63,896 nucleotides of DNA, filler included, from Octopus bimaculoides (GCF_001194135.2; 9 parts of 9 records of this genome joined end to end with filler, not necessarily neighbours in it), one strand, 5' to 3'. Positions 27,063 through 40,411 are shown, numbered from the whole stretch's first letter. Notes: a model not told the origin generated them from the sequence alone. Made by a program: numbers and translations.

Positions 27063-27660
27063 TCTATCAATGTAGCTAGGAGCCTCCTGTCGCTAATTAA
27101 GAAACACTTCCCCAGAGGCCATAAGTATTACAAACACTTCAATCCATATAATGTCAAGGTGATCTACTCTTGCTTAGATGACCTCACATCTGACATCGTA
27201 CACATCAACAGGCGTAAAAATGCACCCACACCACCCTCAAGCACCAACGTCACCAACAGTAAACAACATGAAATACGAAAACAATTGAATTCAATACGCA
27301 GACAATGAGAAACAAATGGAAAACAGAACAAGTAACACAAAGAACGACCCTTCATCAGTTGTCGGCTGTCTATCTACTCCTCATTCCTAGCATTGAACGA
27401 GAATATGAGTCTTCGTAGACAGTTGCTCCCATAAGTACCAAAATAAAATTTTGGATTTAAAGAGGGTCAAATTTGGGAACAAAAACTGGACAGTGGAGAC
27501 ATACAAGGTAACTGAACGAAAACAAGCATGAATTATCTGAACTGAATGATTGTCAACGAAATCGACTTTAACGGTATACTGATGTTTAGTATTGATGATC
27601 TGTTATTGCATGAAGATCGCACTCAATGAAACTCAGGTGCATGGTGATGACCGTGATTGT
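27063..27660 (+). mobile_element. Penelope-like element 3' fragment with decayed terminal region
   Basis: SINVARSLLSLIKKHFPRGHKYYKHFNPYNVKVIYSCL matches the Penelope post-RT motif KHFP..H.L.K.FN..T.K.SYSC. A degenerate ATGAAGA..GAAAC lies at about 27610-27635. Confidence 0.7.
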
Positions 27661-27820
27661 TAGGTAGTTGCGTCTATGTAATTATATGTGCGTGTATACA
27701 CACACACATACACACACAAACACACGCACGCACACACAAACACACATTTATATAGAGGTTATTTCTCTTCTCCCCCTCACATTTCCTTCTTTCTTTATGC
27801 CGTTCTTTCTTTATATTTTT

Positions 27821-27856
27821 TCTTCTGACGAAGTCCCTGCATCTGAAACGTCAAGG
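27821..27856 (+). ncRNA. Minimal hammerhead-like motif (Penelope-type)
   Basis: TCTT-CTGACGA-AGTCCCTGCATCT-GAAAC-GTC-AAGG: 4-bp helix I, ACGT palindrome, GTC triplet; helix II only 2 bp. Confidence 0.45.
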
Positions 27857-28034
27857 CTCGTTTCTTTCTTTTAAGTGTTGAACTAATATAACATTTGGTG
27901 AAAGGTTTCTTCCTGTTTGCTCATCACTTTATATATNNNNNNNNNNNNNNNNNNNNNNNNNNNNNNNNNNNNNNATACATATATATAAGCAATGTTAAAT
28001 CTCTGAACGAGGTATAAACCGTAACTGCACGACA

Positions 28035-28321
28035 ACGTGAAGTATATTTGCCACGTAAATGTGGCTGAACCCTAAGGGTGAATGCTACTGTTGCTTTTAG
28101 CCCCAGGAGAACATCTCCTCGAGCTGGCTTTTGACACACTTTCTGTGTCCTGTCGGTATTTGCAAAGGGAAATCATCCCTCCCATCGTTGATCTGACGTT
28201 ATACGCACAGACTCGAGTTTCTGGGTATTTAACCTTCATCAGCGATGTCCTGGGGCTAAAAGCAACAGTAGCATTCACCCTTAGGGTCTAGCCGCATTTA
28301 AGTGACAAATATACTTCACGT
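28035..28321. mobile_element. 287-bp fold-back/MITE-like element with 74-bp terminal inverted repeats
   Basis: 28035-28108 against the reverse complement of 28248-28321: 5 mismatches counted. Flanks are CA and TA (possibly a mutated TA TSD). Confidence 0.85.
28204..28248 (-). ncRNA. Hammerhead-like core inside the inverted-repeat element
   Basis: CTGATGA-AGGTTAAATACCCA-GAAAC-TCGA-GTC with perfect ACTCGAGT palindrome; helix I poor and helix II junction non-canonical. Confidence 0.4.
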
Positions 28322-29644
28322 TATATATATATATATATCATATCTTGATTTTGTGTGAACTGAGATCCCCTTTGACAGACCACTGATATGAATTAAGGTG
28401 TTCAACACTTATGGTGTGAATATTAGTAACTCCAGTCCTTTGTAGCAACTGCATTTGTTGTGTATATAAACAGATTGTCAGTTTGTTTCTCTGGCGTTGG
28501 TCAATTGATGTAGACATCTCCTACGAGAATCCAATAAGTGTTGAAAATCAAACAAGGCTGTTTATCAATTTTTTCTATCGAGAAATGGAGAAATTTGCCG
28601 TTTATATGTCTACTATATAACTTAAATGTGTGTATGTGCGTGTGTATGTGTGTGTGTGTGAGTGTGTCTGAGTGATTTTTTTTATGGATAATATAGATAT
28701 TTACTGCAAGGCATTTTGATCAGGTGTCTTTAACATTAGGCCCGGTCCGAACAAAACCTTGTGAATGGATTTGATAGCTGGAAACTGAAAAGAAGACTGT
28801 CGTTTATTAGTGCGTGCTTGTGCATCATCCTGTTTGCTTTTTTTCCACCAAAAGCTTCACAACTGATGTTGGGCTTTTTGCGTTGTTGTAACGTAGAGGT
28901 TCGGCTACGTAACCGACGGAGGAAGTACCAGGCTTCAAAACATAAGTACTATGTTTGATTCGTTCTGTAGTGTACCACATGGCTCTAATCCAAAGATTGA
29001 AACAAGTACAAAATAAAAGATAAGTGGTTTCTGTAAAAGAATACTGATTCAGAATTATTTCAAGGGTCCCGATTCTGTAGAATACACAATCACATGCACC
29101 TTATTTCAGTAGGTTTGCAATGTGTGCCACTGAGGTAACAAGGGAATTCTAATCATCACAATCGCCTGAGATCCATTTCCTTTAATATTCATTACGTACT
29201 TCTTGTACTTATACGGTCGTTCTATTACAATACTTCGTTCAATATCTGCGATTGCCCCCTCTTGCCCTTACCCCACCTCCGCACCTCTCATTAACCTCCT
29301 TCCGCTGCCATCGTACTAATAGCCGTAACCTTTCACTAAACGTCCTCTCACCATTTCAATCAGTGCAAATCAGTTACCAAAACACTAGTTCCGTCCCTAC
29401 CCTTTTAATATAACATTTTATCTAAATCCATCTCTCTCCTTTTTTCTCTCATTTGTGTGTGTGTGTCTCTCTCTCTCTGATTCTCTCTCTCTCAAGCCTT
29501 TACTATCACTTTCATTTTCAATTTTTATCTAGACCATCCACACTCACACACACGCTCTTACACACGCATGCACACACAAACAAACACACACATACACGCA
29601 CACACACACGCACATACACATACATATCTGTGTGTGTGTGTTTC

Positions 29645-29683
<39 letters not shown>

Positions 29684-30796
29684 NNNNNNNNNNNNNNNNN
29701 NNNNNNNNNNNNNNNNNNNNNNNNNNNNNNNNNNNNNNNNNNNNNNNNNNNNNNNNNNNNNNNNNNNNNNNNNNNNNNNNNNNNNNNNNNNNNNNNNNNN
29801 NNNNNNNNNNNNNNNNNNNNNNNNNNNNNNNNNNNNNNNNNNNNNNNNNNNNNNNNNNNNNNNNNNNNNNNNNNNNNNNNNNNNNNNNNNNNNNNNNNNN
29901 NNNNNNNNNNNNNNNNNNNNNNNNNNNNNNNNNNNNNNNNNNNNNNNNNNNNNNNNNNNNNNNNNNNNNNNNNNNNNNNNNNNNNNNNNNNNNNNNNNNN
30001 NNNNNNNNNNNNNNNNNNNNNNNNNNNNNNNNNNNNNNNNNNNNNNNNNNNNNNNNNNNNNNNNNNNNNNNNNNNNNNNNNNNNNNNNNNNNNNNNNNNN
30101 NNNNNNNNNNNNNNNNNNNNNNNNNNNNNNNNNTATATATATATATATATATATATTCATTCATATATATACATATACACACATATATATACACACGTTT
30201 ACATATATATATGCATGTATATATATATTTATATACGCATACACATGCATATGTATACATACATAAATGTATATATGTATGTATGTATTTATGTATATAC
30301 ACGCAAAAGAGATTGAGAACGGACAGAGAGAAAAAGAAACATGAAAACACAGAAGCACATACTTTATCACTGTTACGCTTATCTTTCTCCTCTCCCAATT
30401 CCCCTCTCCGCCTTCCATCCCTGCGCCTCTCTCACTCTCTGCCATTTCTCTACATAATTAGTCTGACTCTAAATGAAAACCATCTACTTCAATAATCCTG
30501 TGTTTTATAGCAAGGTCGCGCTGCTGACTAACATAGGCATAGAGTTGCCTCTTCTCCTACTTCATTCTTTTATTCCACCATTCACTCAGTCGTTCATTCT
30601 GTCATTCTAAGAATTATTTTGCTTGTTTAAATGTTTTCCTTCTCTTTCATTACTTACTCTTTCATTCCTTCATCTGTCCTTACTTTTTCAGGTTTCTGAC
30701 CTCTTTACATATATACATTTGTTCACGCCCGCGCGCACACACACTCACACATTAACACACACATATATACAGACACACACACATACATGCATACAC

Positions 30797-30856
<60 letters not shown>

Positions 30857-31059
30857 ATATATATATATATATATACATGTATGCATATATATATAAATCT
30901 ATCTATGTTTCAAGTTCCCACTCTCTCCCCTTCCCTTTCTCTCCCTCTATCTGCCTCTCTCTCTCTCTATATATATATATACATATATATACATATACAT
31001 ACATAGAAATACAGACACAAGCACACATACACATACACACACACACACGCACACACACA

Positions 31060-31113
<54 letters not shown>

Positions 31114-32424
31114 CATACGTTCATTTATTCAGATATAAATATTCAGACTTACATTAAACACATAGGCACACACGTATATATACACACATATATAACTATA
31201 TGTATGCATATATATATATATATATACATATATACATATATGTACATATGTATATATATATATGTGTGTATATATATGTATATATANNNNNNNNNNNNNN
31301 NNNNNNNNNNNNNNNNNNNNNNNNNNNNNNNNNNNNNNNNNNNNNNNNNNNNNNNNNNNNNNNNNNNNNNNNNNNNNNNNNNNNNNNNNNNNNNNNNNNN
31401 NNNNNNNNNNNNNNNNNNNNNNNNNNNNNNNNNNNNNNNNNNNNNNNNNNNNNNNNNNNNNNNNNNNNNNNNNNNNNNNNNNNNNNNNNNNNNNNNNNNN
31501 NNNNNNNNNNNNNNNNNNNNNNNNNNNNNNNNNNNNNNNNNNNNNNNNNNNNNNNNNNNNNNNNNNNNNNNNNNNNNNNNNNNNNNNNNNNNNNNNNNNN
31601 NNNNNNNNNNNNNNNNNNNNNNNNNNNNNNNNNNNNNNNNNNNNNNNNNNNNNNNNNNNNNNNNNNNNNNNNNNNNNNNNNNNNNNNNNNNNNNNNNNNN
31701 NNNNNNNNNNNNNNNNNNNNNNNNNNNNNNNNNNNNNNNNNNNNNNNNNNNNNNNNNNNNNNNNNNNNNNNNNNNNNNNNNNNNNNNNNNNNNNNNNNNN
31801 NNNNNNNNNNNNNNNNNNNNNNNNNNNNNNNNNNNNNNNNNNNNNNNNNNNNNNNNNNNNNNNNNNNNNNNNNNNNNNNNNNNNNNNNNNNNNNNNNNNN
31901 NNNNNNNNNNNNNNNNNNNNNNNNNNNNNNNNNNNNTATATATATATATATATATATATTCATAGAGTACATATACTTGCGTCTAATGATGTAATATAAC
32001 AAGTATATACCATAAGTGCTCGGGGGGTTTATCACTAAAACTTCGACTTGAACTGCAACTAGAACGAAAGTGGTATTGTAGCAGCCAAGCAGTGAATGGC
32101 TATAAGTGGTTCATCTTTGAGCGGGTAAATATATATATTAAAAAGTAAAAGTGAACAGGCAAGACATTTCGTATCACTGTAGAGAGTGAAATTTATGATT
32201 TGATTATATTGCAGTGTAGGTAGATTAAATAAGGGATTAAGAAATACTGCGCAAAGCCTATTACAGCTATATCTAGCATAGATATGCACAAGGTGCATAG
32301 GCTATTGAGCAAAGATTTCCATATAAGACAACTTATACTGTCTTCAGAGAGAAATAATTAAGTTCCATCATCGAATAATATATATGTATACGGATATAGA
32401 TATTTATATGTACAAGCGTATGTG

Positions 32425-32467
<43 letters not shown>

Positions 32468-32796
32468 TGCACACACACGCACACACACATAGGCACATCA
32501 TTCACGGCCACACGCAAACACGGGCGCTTACACACACACACGGACATGAGTAAAGAGATAGAGAGGNNNNNNNNNNNNNNNNNNNNNNNNNNNNNNNNNN
32601 NNNNNNNNNNNNNNNNNNNNNNNNNNNNNNNNNNNNNNNNNNNNNNNNNNNNNNNNNNNNNNNNNNNNNNNNNNNNNNNNNNNNNNNNNNAGTACAATAA
32701 GCAGGGCAGCAGCAGCGATAGTGTGCTTGATAAAGAGAGAGTGAAAGACATAGCCGGGGAGAGTAACAGAAAAGAAAGACAAAGAAAAAATCGTCG

Positions 32797-32852
<56 letters not shown>

Positions 32853-32879
32853 GTCGTCATCATTATGATGATAGAATCA

Positions 32880-34411
32880 AGAAATGGTACACTCATTTCT
32901 ACAACTTGGGACGGATCCAAAAGTTGAGAGTGAAACAGAAAATGAAGAACGAGCAAAGATACTTAACAGTTTGCAAATCGAGGATGGAAACTTCACAATA
33001 CAAGAAGTAAAAATAGCTACAAGTAACCTCAAAGAAGGAAAACAAATTGGTCCTGACAACATCCCACCAGAAGTACTAAAAAGATGTGATTTAGACAACA
33101 TCATCTTTGAATTTGAAAACAAACTACTAAATGATAATGTGAAGCCAGAACAATGGTCTGAGATGGACTTGCTACCGCCGCCCAAAACTGGAGATCTAAG
33201 TGATAGTGGGAATTGCAGAAGGATCAGTCTCTCTTCCAGTGTTGCAAAAATGGTCAACAAGATGATACTTAACCGAATACAACCTAAGATAGACAAACAA
33301 TTGCGACCAAATCAAAATAGATTCAGATCAGCACGGTCAATAGCATCTCACATTGTTGTACTTATAAGACTGATAGGAGGAGTTAAGAGCCATAACAGGA
33401 AGGCTATCATTATCCATGTAGACTGAGAGCAATAAGTAAGCTGTATGAGAACACCAGAGCGAAAGTGATCACTCCTGATGGAGAGACGGAATACTTTGTA
33501 GTCAAAGCCGGATATTACAAGGCGACACGATGGCACCTGATCCCCTCGCCATCGTTCTGGACTATGTAATGCGTAGAACATACGAGAGCAAGGAAGAAGA
33601 ACTGGGATTCAAACTGTATATGCAAAGAAATAGACGGCATCAAGCAGTAACAGTGACTAACCTAAACTATGCTGATGAACTGGAGAGGACAGATCAGGCT
33701 GAGGAGGTGCTGAGCAGATTAGAGCAGGAATCGGGAAAGGTAGGATTGTACTGTAACGCACAGAAAACAGAGCTGCAATACTCAACCACGAAATGCCTGT
33801 GTCAGTGAAAGTATGAGACGGGAAGTCGCTGAAGGTAGTTGAAAATTTGAAATACCTTGGTGCGTGGACACAAAGTACTGAAAAAGACATCGTAGCAAGG
33901 AAAGCTCTTGCCTGGAGCGTATGCCATAAATTGAGAAAGGTATGGAGTTCAAAGTCAGCAAGAAAATTGAAAGTGAGGTTGTTGCTGGCAACAATGGAGT
34001 CTTTTCTTCTATACGGGGCTGAAACATGAACGTTCACTAAAGCATTGAAGAAGCAGTTGGACGGTTGTTAGACGAGGATGCTTAGAATGGCACTCAATGT
34101 CTCCTGGAAGAGTCATATAACAAACGCCGACTTGTACCTGGGATTTCCAAAAGTAACATTGAAGATAAAGTATAGAAGGATGAGGCTAGCTGGACACTGC
34201 ATCAGACACACCGATGAAATTGCTAACAAGCTGGTGCTCTGGCAACCAATAGAAGGAAAAACCAAGAGAAGAAGGAGGAAGACGACCTGTATCGACAACT
34301 TGCAGGAGGATACTGGTATGGAAGGGGTACAGGAACTGAGGGCCATTATGGAAGATCAAGATGAGTGGGAAAACGTGTGGAAACAGTCTTGGGGCGTCCT
34401 GTGGGACGGCC

Positions 34412-34443
<32 letters not shown>
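32880..34443 (+). mobile_element. 5'-truncated RTE-group (RTEX-like) LINE ORF2 with a (TAGA)n tail
   Basis: GPDNIPPEVLK, PEQW..PKTGDLS..RISL, YAD, KYLG, LLYGAET and RMRLAGHCIRH motifs across several frameshifts. The FxKAFD segment after AIIIHVD is deleted. Confidence 0.9.
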
Positions 34444-34444
<1 letters not shown>

Positions 34445-34796
34445 CACCATCATCATCGTTATTATTTTTATTACTGTTGTTGTTGTTGTTGTTGTTATTA
34501 TTATTATTATTATTGTTATTATTATTATTGTTATTATTGTTATCATTGTTGTTGTTGTTGTCGTCGAAGACGTATTTTTCAGAGCTCTGTCAGCTGTCAG
34601 TTTGAAGTGTGTTGCTATTTTTCAAGTTTATTGACTGTTTCTTTGTTGGTTTTTGTTTTCCGAACTCCTTTTGGTGTGCATAAGGGGTTCTTTTGTTGAG
34701 AATTTCCGCATTTAAGGGGCGAATTTCGGATTTTTGTGTCCATTTAAAAAATTTTCTTTTTTCGTTTAACGAAAAAAAAAAACGAAAAAAAACAAG

Positions 34797-36000
34797 ATGG
34801 CTTCTTTTGTCGAGGGAAGTGGCAGTGTCTGTTCTAACAGTCAAGATTTTCCCCCTCTAAGCAGCACAATTACGAGCCGTAATGCCAACACCACCACCAT
34901 CATCAGCAACAACAAAGAAAATATAGCAAACCAAGAAATTGTTCCTGAAAAAGAGGAGGAAGAAAGAAAGAAAAACAAAAAACAAAAAACAATGACACTG
35001 TCAAAGCAAACACGAACAGCAAATCTAGCGGCAACGGTTTCGCCTCGGCAGCAAAGCAGACAAAAGAGTTGTTGAATTTAACAAAATATGAACTACAAAA
35101 TGCAAAGGAGTTGTTAAGAAAGGAAACAAGTCTTCCTTAACAATCCTCAGGAATTAATGAAGGAGGCGGACCTAAAATAAGTAAGATACAGAGTTTTTAA
35201 CGTCAAGAAGAAAAGAGTAGAACGAGCCAACAGTTGGACATTCCTTGGTCGGTGCGTGACGAAAATTCAAATTGCGGAGGTGCCCCCCCGAAATAAATGT
35301 ATGCTGGCTGGTGGCGGCTGTCCTCTATGATATAGAGGATACCACCAATATACTGGAGGGGCATAAATTGCACCAACAAAACTGGACGGGTCAGGGATTA
35401 GAGTTTCTTGTTCAAATTGTCCAAGAAGCCATAAATTCTATCCCCGACGCCATAAATGTACCAGATGGTACGAGACTTCACATGGCCGTGGAAGGCAGGC
35501 GGCCAAGATTCTATTTTGTGGGGACGACCAGCACCTCAAGGTCGACTGCTCTGTATACAAAGAAATGAAAAAAGAAAAAAACAACAGCAAGCGTCAACAT
35601 AAGCGGGGGCACATCCAGTGCAGCAGCAGAAAGCAGCCTCATCACCACCAGTAACAACGACGCCGCCTCCAACATTCGCCAGTGCACCATCAAAACCGGA
35701 GAGTGTCGCCGCAAGCCGAAGTAGCACAGCCGGTCCTAGCACTACCAACAATCCCAGTCGAAGTACAATCACAACCACCAGCCGGAATAAAACCACCATG
35801 AGCCGGAATACCACAACCACCAACAACAACATATGAACACCACCAAAAGAAGGAACATCCAGAGAATATCCTTCTTCCCGATCAAAACAACTCGGACTGT
35901 TCGAGCATTGAGGTCGAGAAGGGGAAGTGGCAAACAGTTACCCCCCAAAAAAGAAAAAAAAGACAGTAGAAGAAAAGCGGGGGCGTAGGGAGAGGAAATA
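34797..36000 (+). pseudogene. Tx1-type ORF1 (gag-like) with a broken CCHC knuckle
   Basis: VEGRRPR followed, after restoring one T, by (F)YFCGDDQHLKVDC; homologous to the 63 kb ORF1 (VEGRKPRCYKCGKKGHIKEKC). Confidence 0.7.
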
Positions 36001-36367
36001 TCCAACAGCAACAACACCAGCACTACTACCTCGAACACCAACACAAACAGACATCACAAACGTCACAACCTCACAGCCATCAACACCGACAACATAGACC
36101 AAGTGAAATACCTTAGACAACACAATGGAAAGCTTTGTCTTTCCAATACACAATGCACCACCACCACACATTACAGATTTTTAAAATACAACAGGAAACA
36201 TACAACGCTTTGAAAATAAACTTCCCAAATGCTGTTGGGTCTTTCCAAAAGACTTTCAGTAAAAGACTGTATAAAAAACCTTGTGGAAAGGCCCACAACA
36301 AAGACCAGGGGCACAACACTGCCATACAACAATGGTAAGTATAGCTCTTCTCTAAATTAATTTTTCA

Positions 36368-36760
36368 ATGGTCATGCTCAGAATAGGTTGTGTAAATGTC
36401 AGGGGCTTCGGGTTGCCTTGGAAACAAGGTCACCTTTTAAATGACCTGAGGTCGTTTAGTGTAGATGTTGTAGCCATTAGTGAATCCAGACTATCCGACC
36501 CACAGGGCCTCATCACCTTTTACGTTGGATACGAGATCTACCTATCTCCGTGTCGGCCAGGAGGGGATGGTGGTGGTACTGTGCTGTTTTTCCGCAAGGG
36601 TATCGATTTGGAAATAAATGCAGATTTCCTGGATCCAGAAGGTAAGTTGGTGGTTCTAGATGTGAACAGCAGTGACAGCGGTGCTTTCAGACTGGTGGCT
36701 GCCTATGCTCGGACAGGGGCAGGGCGGTCTGATTTCTTCAAGCATCTGGAGGTTTTCCTG
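36368..36760 (+). pseudogene. APE endonuclease domain of a Tx1/L1 ORF2, truncated
   Basis: IGCVNVRG..DVVAISESRL..GKLVVLDV..FRLVAAYA. Confidence 0.85.
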
Positions 36761-36775
36761 ATAGGGAAGGAGGTG

Positions 36776-37017
36776 CAAATTTACTTTTTGAACCAGTTGA
36801 AGACACACAAGATGTCGAAATATCGTTCACTAGATAACAATGGCACTCTTCTTTTAATTTTGACTCTATATTTTCAGGAGGAGTTACCTCAATCCTTTCT
36901 ATATTAATGAAAATGAAGTAGATTGACAAATTTATTTTCTGAACCAGTTGAAGACACACAAGATGTCGAAATATCGTTCACTAGATAAAAATGGTACTCT
37001 TCTTTTAATTTTGACTC

Positions 37018-37020
<3 letters not shown>
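36776..37020 (+). repeat. About 94-bp direct duplication (36776-36869 and 36927-37020, offset 151)
   Basis: gaaccagttgaagacacacaagatgtcgaaatatcgttcactagata..ttttgactctat present twice with few substitutions. Confidence 0.9.
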
Positions 37021-37054
<34 letters not shown>

Positions 37055-37099
37055 GAGTGAGAGATCAATGCATGGCGGTAAAGTGATACTGGAATCACT

Positions 37100-37560
37100 T
37101 CGTATACGAAGCCAAATATACCCATCATGACAACACGTGTAATAACAATAGACCAGATACATGCATCACAACCACATGTGCACGATATGGTAATCTCATA
37201 TCAAGATAAACAGCACATGACCCTGCAAGTGGGGGCCCAGTTAGTATTTTCTTCATGTCAAGTAGTCCATCCCGCTCAAAAAGTCCTTCAATTAGATTTG
37301 TTTAGGATGATGAATGTTGATTCTAGAGGTGAATTATTCAATCCCCAAACAATTCCTCTCAATCACGTGGGCATGATGCTCCCCCATTACTCCTGCACGC
37401 AATCAAAGACGCACATATTGTCATTCACTAAGGAACATGCTCAACTGGTTAAGGTCAAACAACTGACAAGCAAATCTGTGGTATTGAGCAGAATATTTGC
37501 TGTAGCCCATCTTTACATCAAGACAAAACATGTACGTGATAACATTTCCAATCATTTAAG
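37100..37560 (-). mobile_element. Probable decayed Penelope-like RT fragment nested in the Tx1 element
   Basis: Frameshift-tolerant minus-strand reading gives LLVS-FDL-TS and TNWAPTC..VM, resembling the PLE LVSFDVTSLY and GTKMAPTYA motifs. Confidence 0.35.
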
Positions 37561-38659
37561 ATCAAAAGCCATGAGAGCCACTGCCTGGCACTGCATCAGG
37601 GCGTTCAGTGTCCGGGTATTGCTGACTTGTGGGGTTATGTCGAACAGCTGCTGTCACGTGTGGGACAGATCCGTCTATCGGCCGAATCTGTAATGGCGAT
37701 CGCACTGCCGCCCTACTTTAGTCGGGCAGGCAAGGCAGTTTACCTTTGCTTGGTGTCTGTAGCGAAAGACGTTGTTTGGTGGACAAGACTGAAAGGCATG
37801 AGGACAGATACATTCCTCCTTGGTAGAGTTCTCATTGACTTTTTCAAGTTTCATTTCAGAATGAAATTGAGAGTGGAGAGGGGAAGTGCTGTCCACGAGT
37901 GAGTTTATTGAAATGTAGGTGAAAATTGTAAGAGTGGATAGTACCTCTCTAAGTGTAGACCTGTGAGTCGGAGAGATGGAGTTGGAGAGGGCACAGGCTC
38001 CTGGGGCTTCAAGGAAATCTCGGACTGTAATTCAACTAATGAACGCTGCTAGCGTTGCAAAACCTGTGACCCCAAGCCCTCCAACTACCACCACTAACAC
38101 TGATACCTAGAACACTCAACAACAACAACAACAACAACAACAACAAAAACAACCCAATGCACTAAACAGCCGAGGTTTTGCTTTAGTTGCAAAACCTCGC
38201 ACTGAATTCATTAATGTTTCTGTAGAATCTCTCAAAGACTACAGAAACATTTTAAAACAAAAAAGCGAAAGATGAGAGTTGCGTATTGTCCAGGGTAAAT
38301 ACCAGTATCTTGAGTAGAACGATTTGCGAGGACATTAATATTAACCCGTTGTATCGTACGTCGAAAGTGCGATACAAGAAGAACGAAAAACAAAATCGCC
38401 AACCTCTACATTTACGAATTGATCAAGACGTTGAAATTGAAAATAAATATACGAAAATGGGTTTACAATAAATTTCAGAGCTAAACAATTCACACACAAA
38501 AATACCCGCACGAAAGTTCACTAAAAAGTAGTAATGTTTGAATCAATTTGATCCAATTCTCTTCCAAAAACATAGTAATTACTGAAGGTGAAATTCAACA
38601 TCAGCTCAGGAATGGCAACGATGCAATAACTCCAATAGAATATGCACACAATTTTTTTT

Positions 38660-38705
<46 letters not shown>

Positions 38706-39842
38706 TTCTCAAAGCAAAGAGTGTTTGAAACTCCAATAATGTTGTAAATAAAAGTTTGGAACACTAAAATATGTGCACAGTCCTGATGATAGGGCTGTTG
38801 CGAGCTCGTTTTACCTATAAAATCCCAAATTTTACGTTCTTCTACACAAGGAAGCACAACAGCTATACAAGTCAGTGCTATTCGTAAATCAATACCGTTC
38901 AAATCAATACACACTCACACATACATATACATCTACATATGCATACATATATATACATACATACGTATATATATATATGTAGATGTGTGTGTGTGTGTGA
39001 GTTTTACGGAGAACAGATGTTTAGGTTGAAGAATTTAATAACTTAATAGTCAAACTATATAAAGCCTACAGAATAATGGTCGACATTTATTGTCAATGCT
39101 CGCTATGGGGTTGGATCTAAGACCATAAAGACAAACAGCTGGAAGATTTCACTCCTAACAATTTATGTATATTTAATGCTAATTCCATCACATAAATGCA
39201 ATCTGTAAACGTCCATTAATATCACTATGAAAGTTCCTTTTCTCGTCTTCGTTTTCCTCTTTGATAAATTCAAGATAACATATGAGGAAGTTACCACTTA
39301 CCTGTATACCGTTACAATACCTGAAACCTCTAGCCATGATAAACTCGACTCTTCAAGATGAAGAATTTGACAACACAGACTACAACTAGATGCCATTCTA
39401 TTGTGCTAATAAACTAAATATTTAAAGTCTGTAGAACTTCTATAATTATGATACAGTGATGCAATCGTAACTCTACAAAAGAGTTCTTGTACACAGTCAT
39501 GACAGTCGTCATTAACCTCAAACCTAGCAAACCGAAGTTTCAAATTTCAAATTTCAAATATTTGGTGGAAATTTCCAGAATGCTGGCATGTCTGTGTAAT
39601 TAAACAACTTGCTACTGCCAGACCATGTGGTCTTGGTTCAATCTTACTCCGTAATCCTTGAGAATATCTCTTCTACTATAGACTCAGGTCAACAAAAGAC
39701 TTGTGAGCGGATTTGGTCGACGGAAACTGAAAGATGTATGCAGGCATACATACACGATTACATACATGCATACATACATACACACACACAAACATGCAAA
39801 CACACACACATGCATGGGTGTCAATACGTATGTGTGTATATA

Positions 39843-39881
<39 letters not shown>

Positions 39882-40364
39882 NNNNNNNNNNNNNNNNNNN
39901 NNNNNNNNNNNNNNNNNNNNNNNNNTTAATTAATTAANNNNNNNNNNNNNNNNNNNNNNNNNNNNNNNNNNNNNNNNNNNNTCCCCTCGCAAACTTAAGG
40001 ACACAGTAATTGTGTCAAGGCCAACAGGAAGCGGTCCAGCTTCCTAGGGCTAAACGACAGTAGTGTGTTCCCTTCTTGGGATTGTCACATTAAGTTGACA
40101 ATACACTACAACTTTAATACTGATATATTATTCTGATTAATGAAAACTATGAATAACCATTTACTGTATATGTATACAATATAGCAACTTTATTTTATAT
40201 ATGTTTTGACCAAGGTGTCTTATGATAATACTTCCCCTGCTCCATTATAAACTGGTCTGCTAGTAGTGAACGCCCCCCCCCACCTACAGTAGTTTGTCAC
40301 CAAACCCTAAGAGATTTTATAACTATATTATCCATGTTTACTGTCTATACTGTTTACCCCTTAC

Positions 40365-40411
40365 CCTACAAAGAAAATGCCAGTGTCCTCTTAAGCTTTG
40401 AATCACTAGGT
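40365..40411 (-). CDS. Candidate downstream exon (47 nt); joined directly to the 49163 exon it reads Q-PSDSKLKRTLAFSL-stop
   Basis: Long pyrimidine tract ending atcttatcAG and donor TAGG|GTAAGG. Another phase is also open (LVIQSLRGHWHFLCR). No homology recognised. Confidence 0.25.

Larger units (their letters stand above)
34570..38150 (+). mobile_element. Tx1/L1-clade LINE with 5' UTR, ORF1, APE and ORF2 C-terminus; RT region lost and replaced by unrelated DNA
   Basis: ORF1 remnant from 34797, APE at 36368-36760, C-terminal QCPGIADLWGYVEQLLSRVG from about 37600, and an (AAC)n tail at 38117-38150. Confidence 0.75.

Noticed and set aside
37127-37693. 188-aa plus-strand ORF
   Set aside because: No recognisable motif; it spans a repeat junction and the opposite strand better resembles a decayed PLE RT.
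38286-38660. Possible Tc1-like remnant
   Set aside because: No catalytic motifs or TIRs identifiable.
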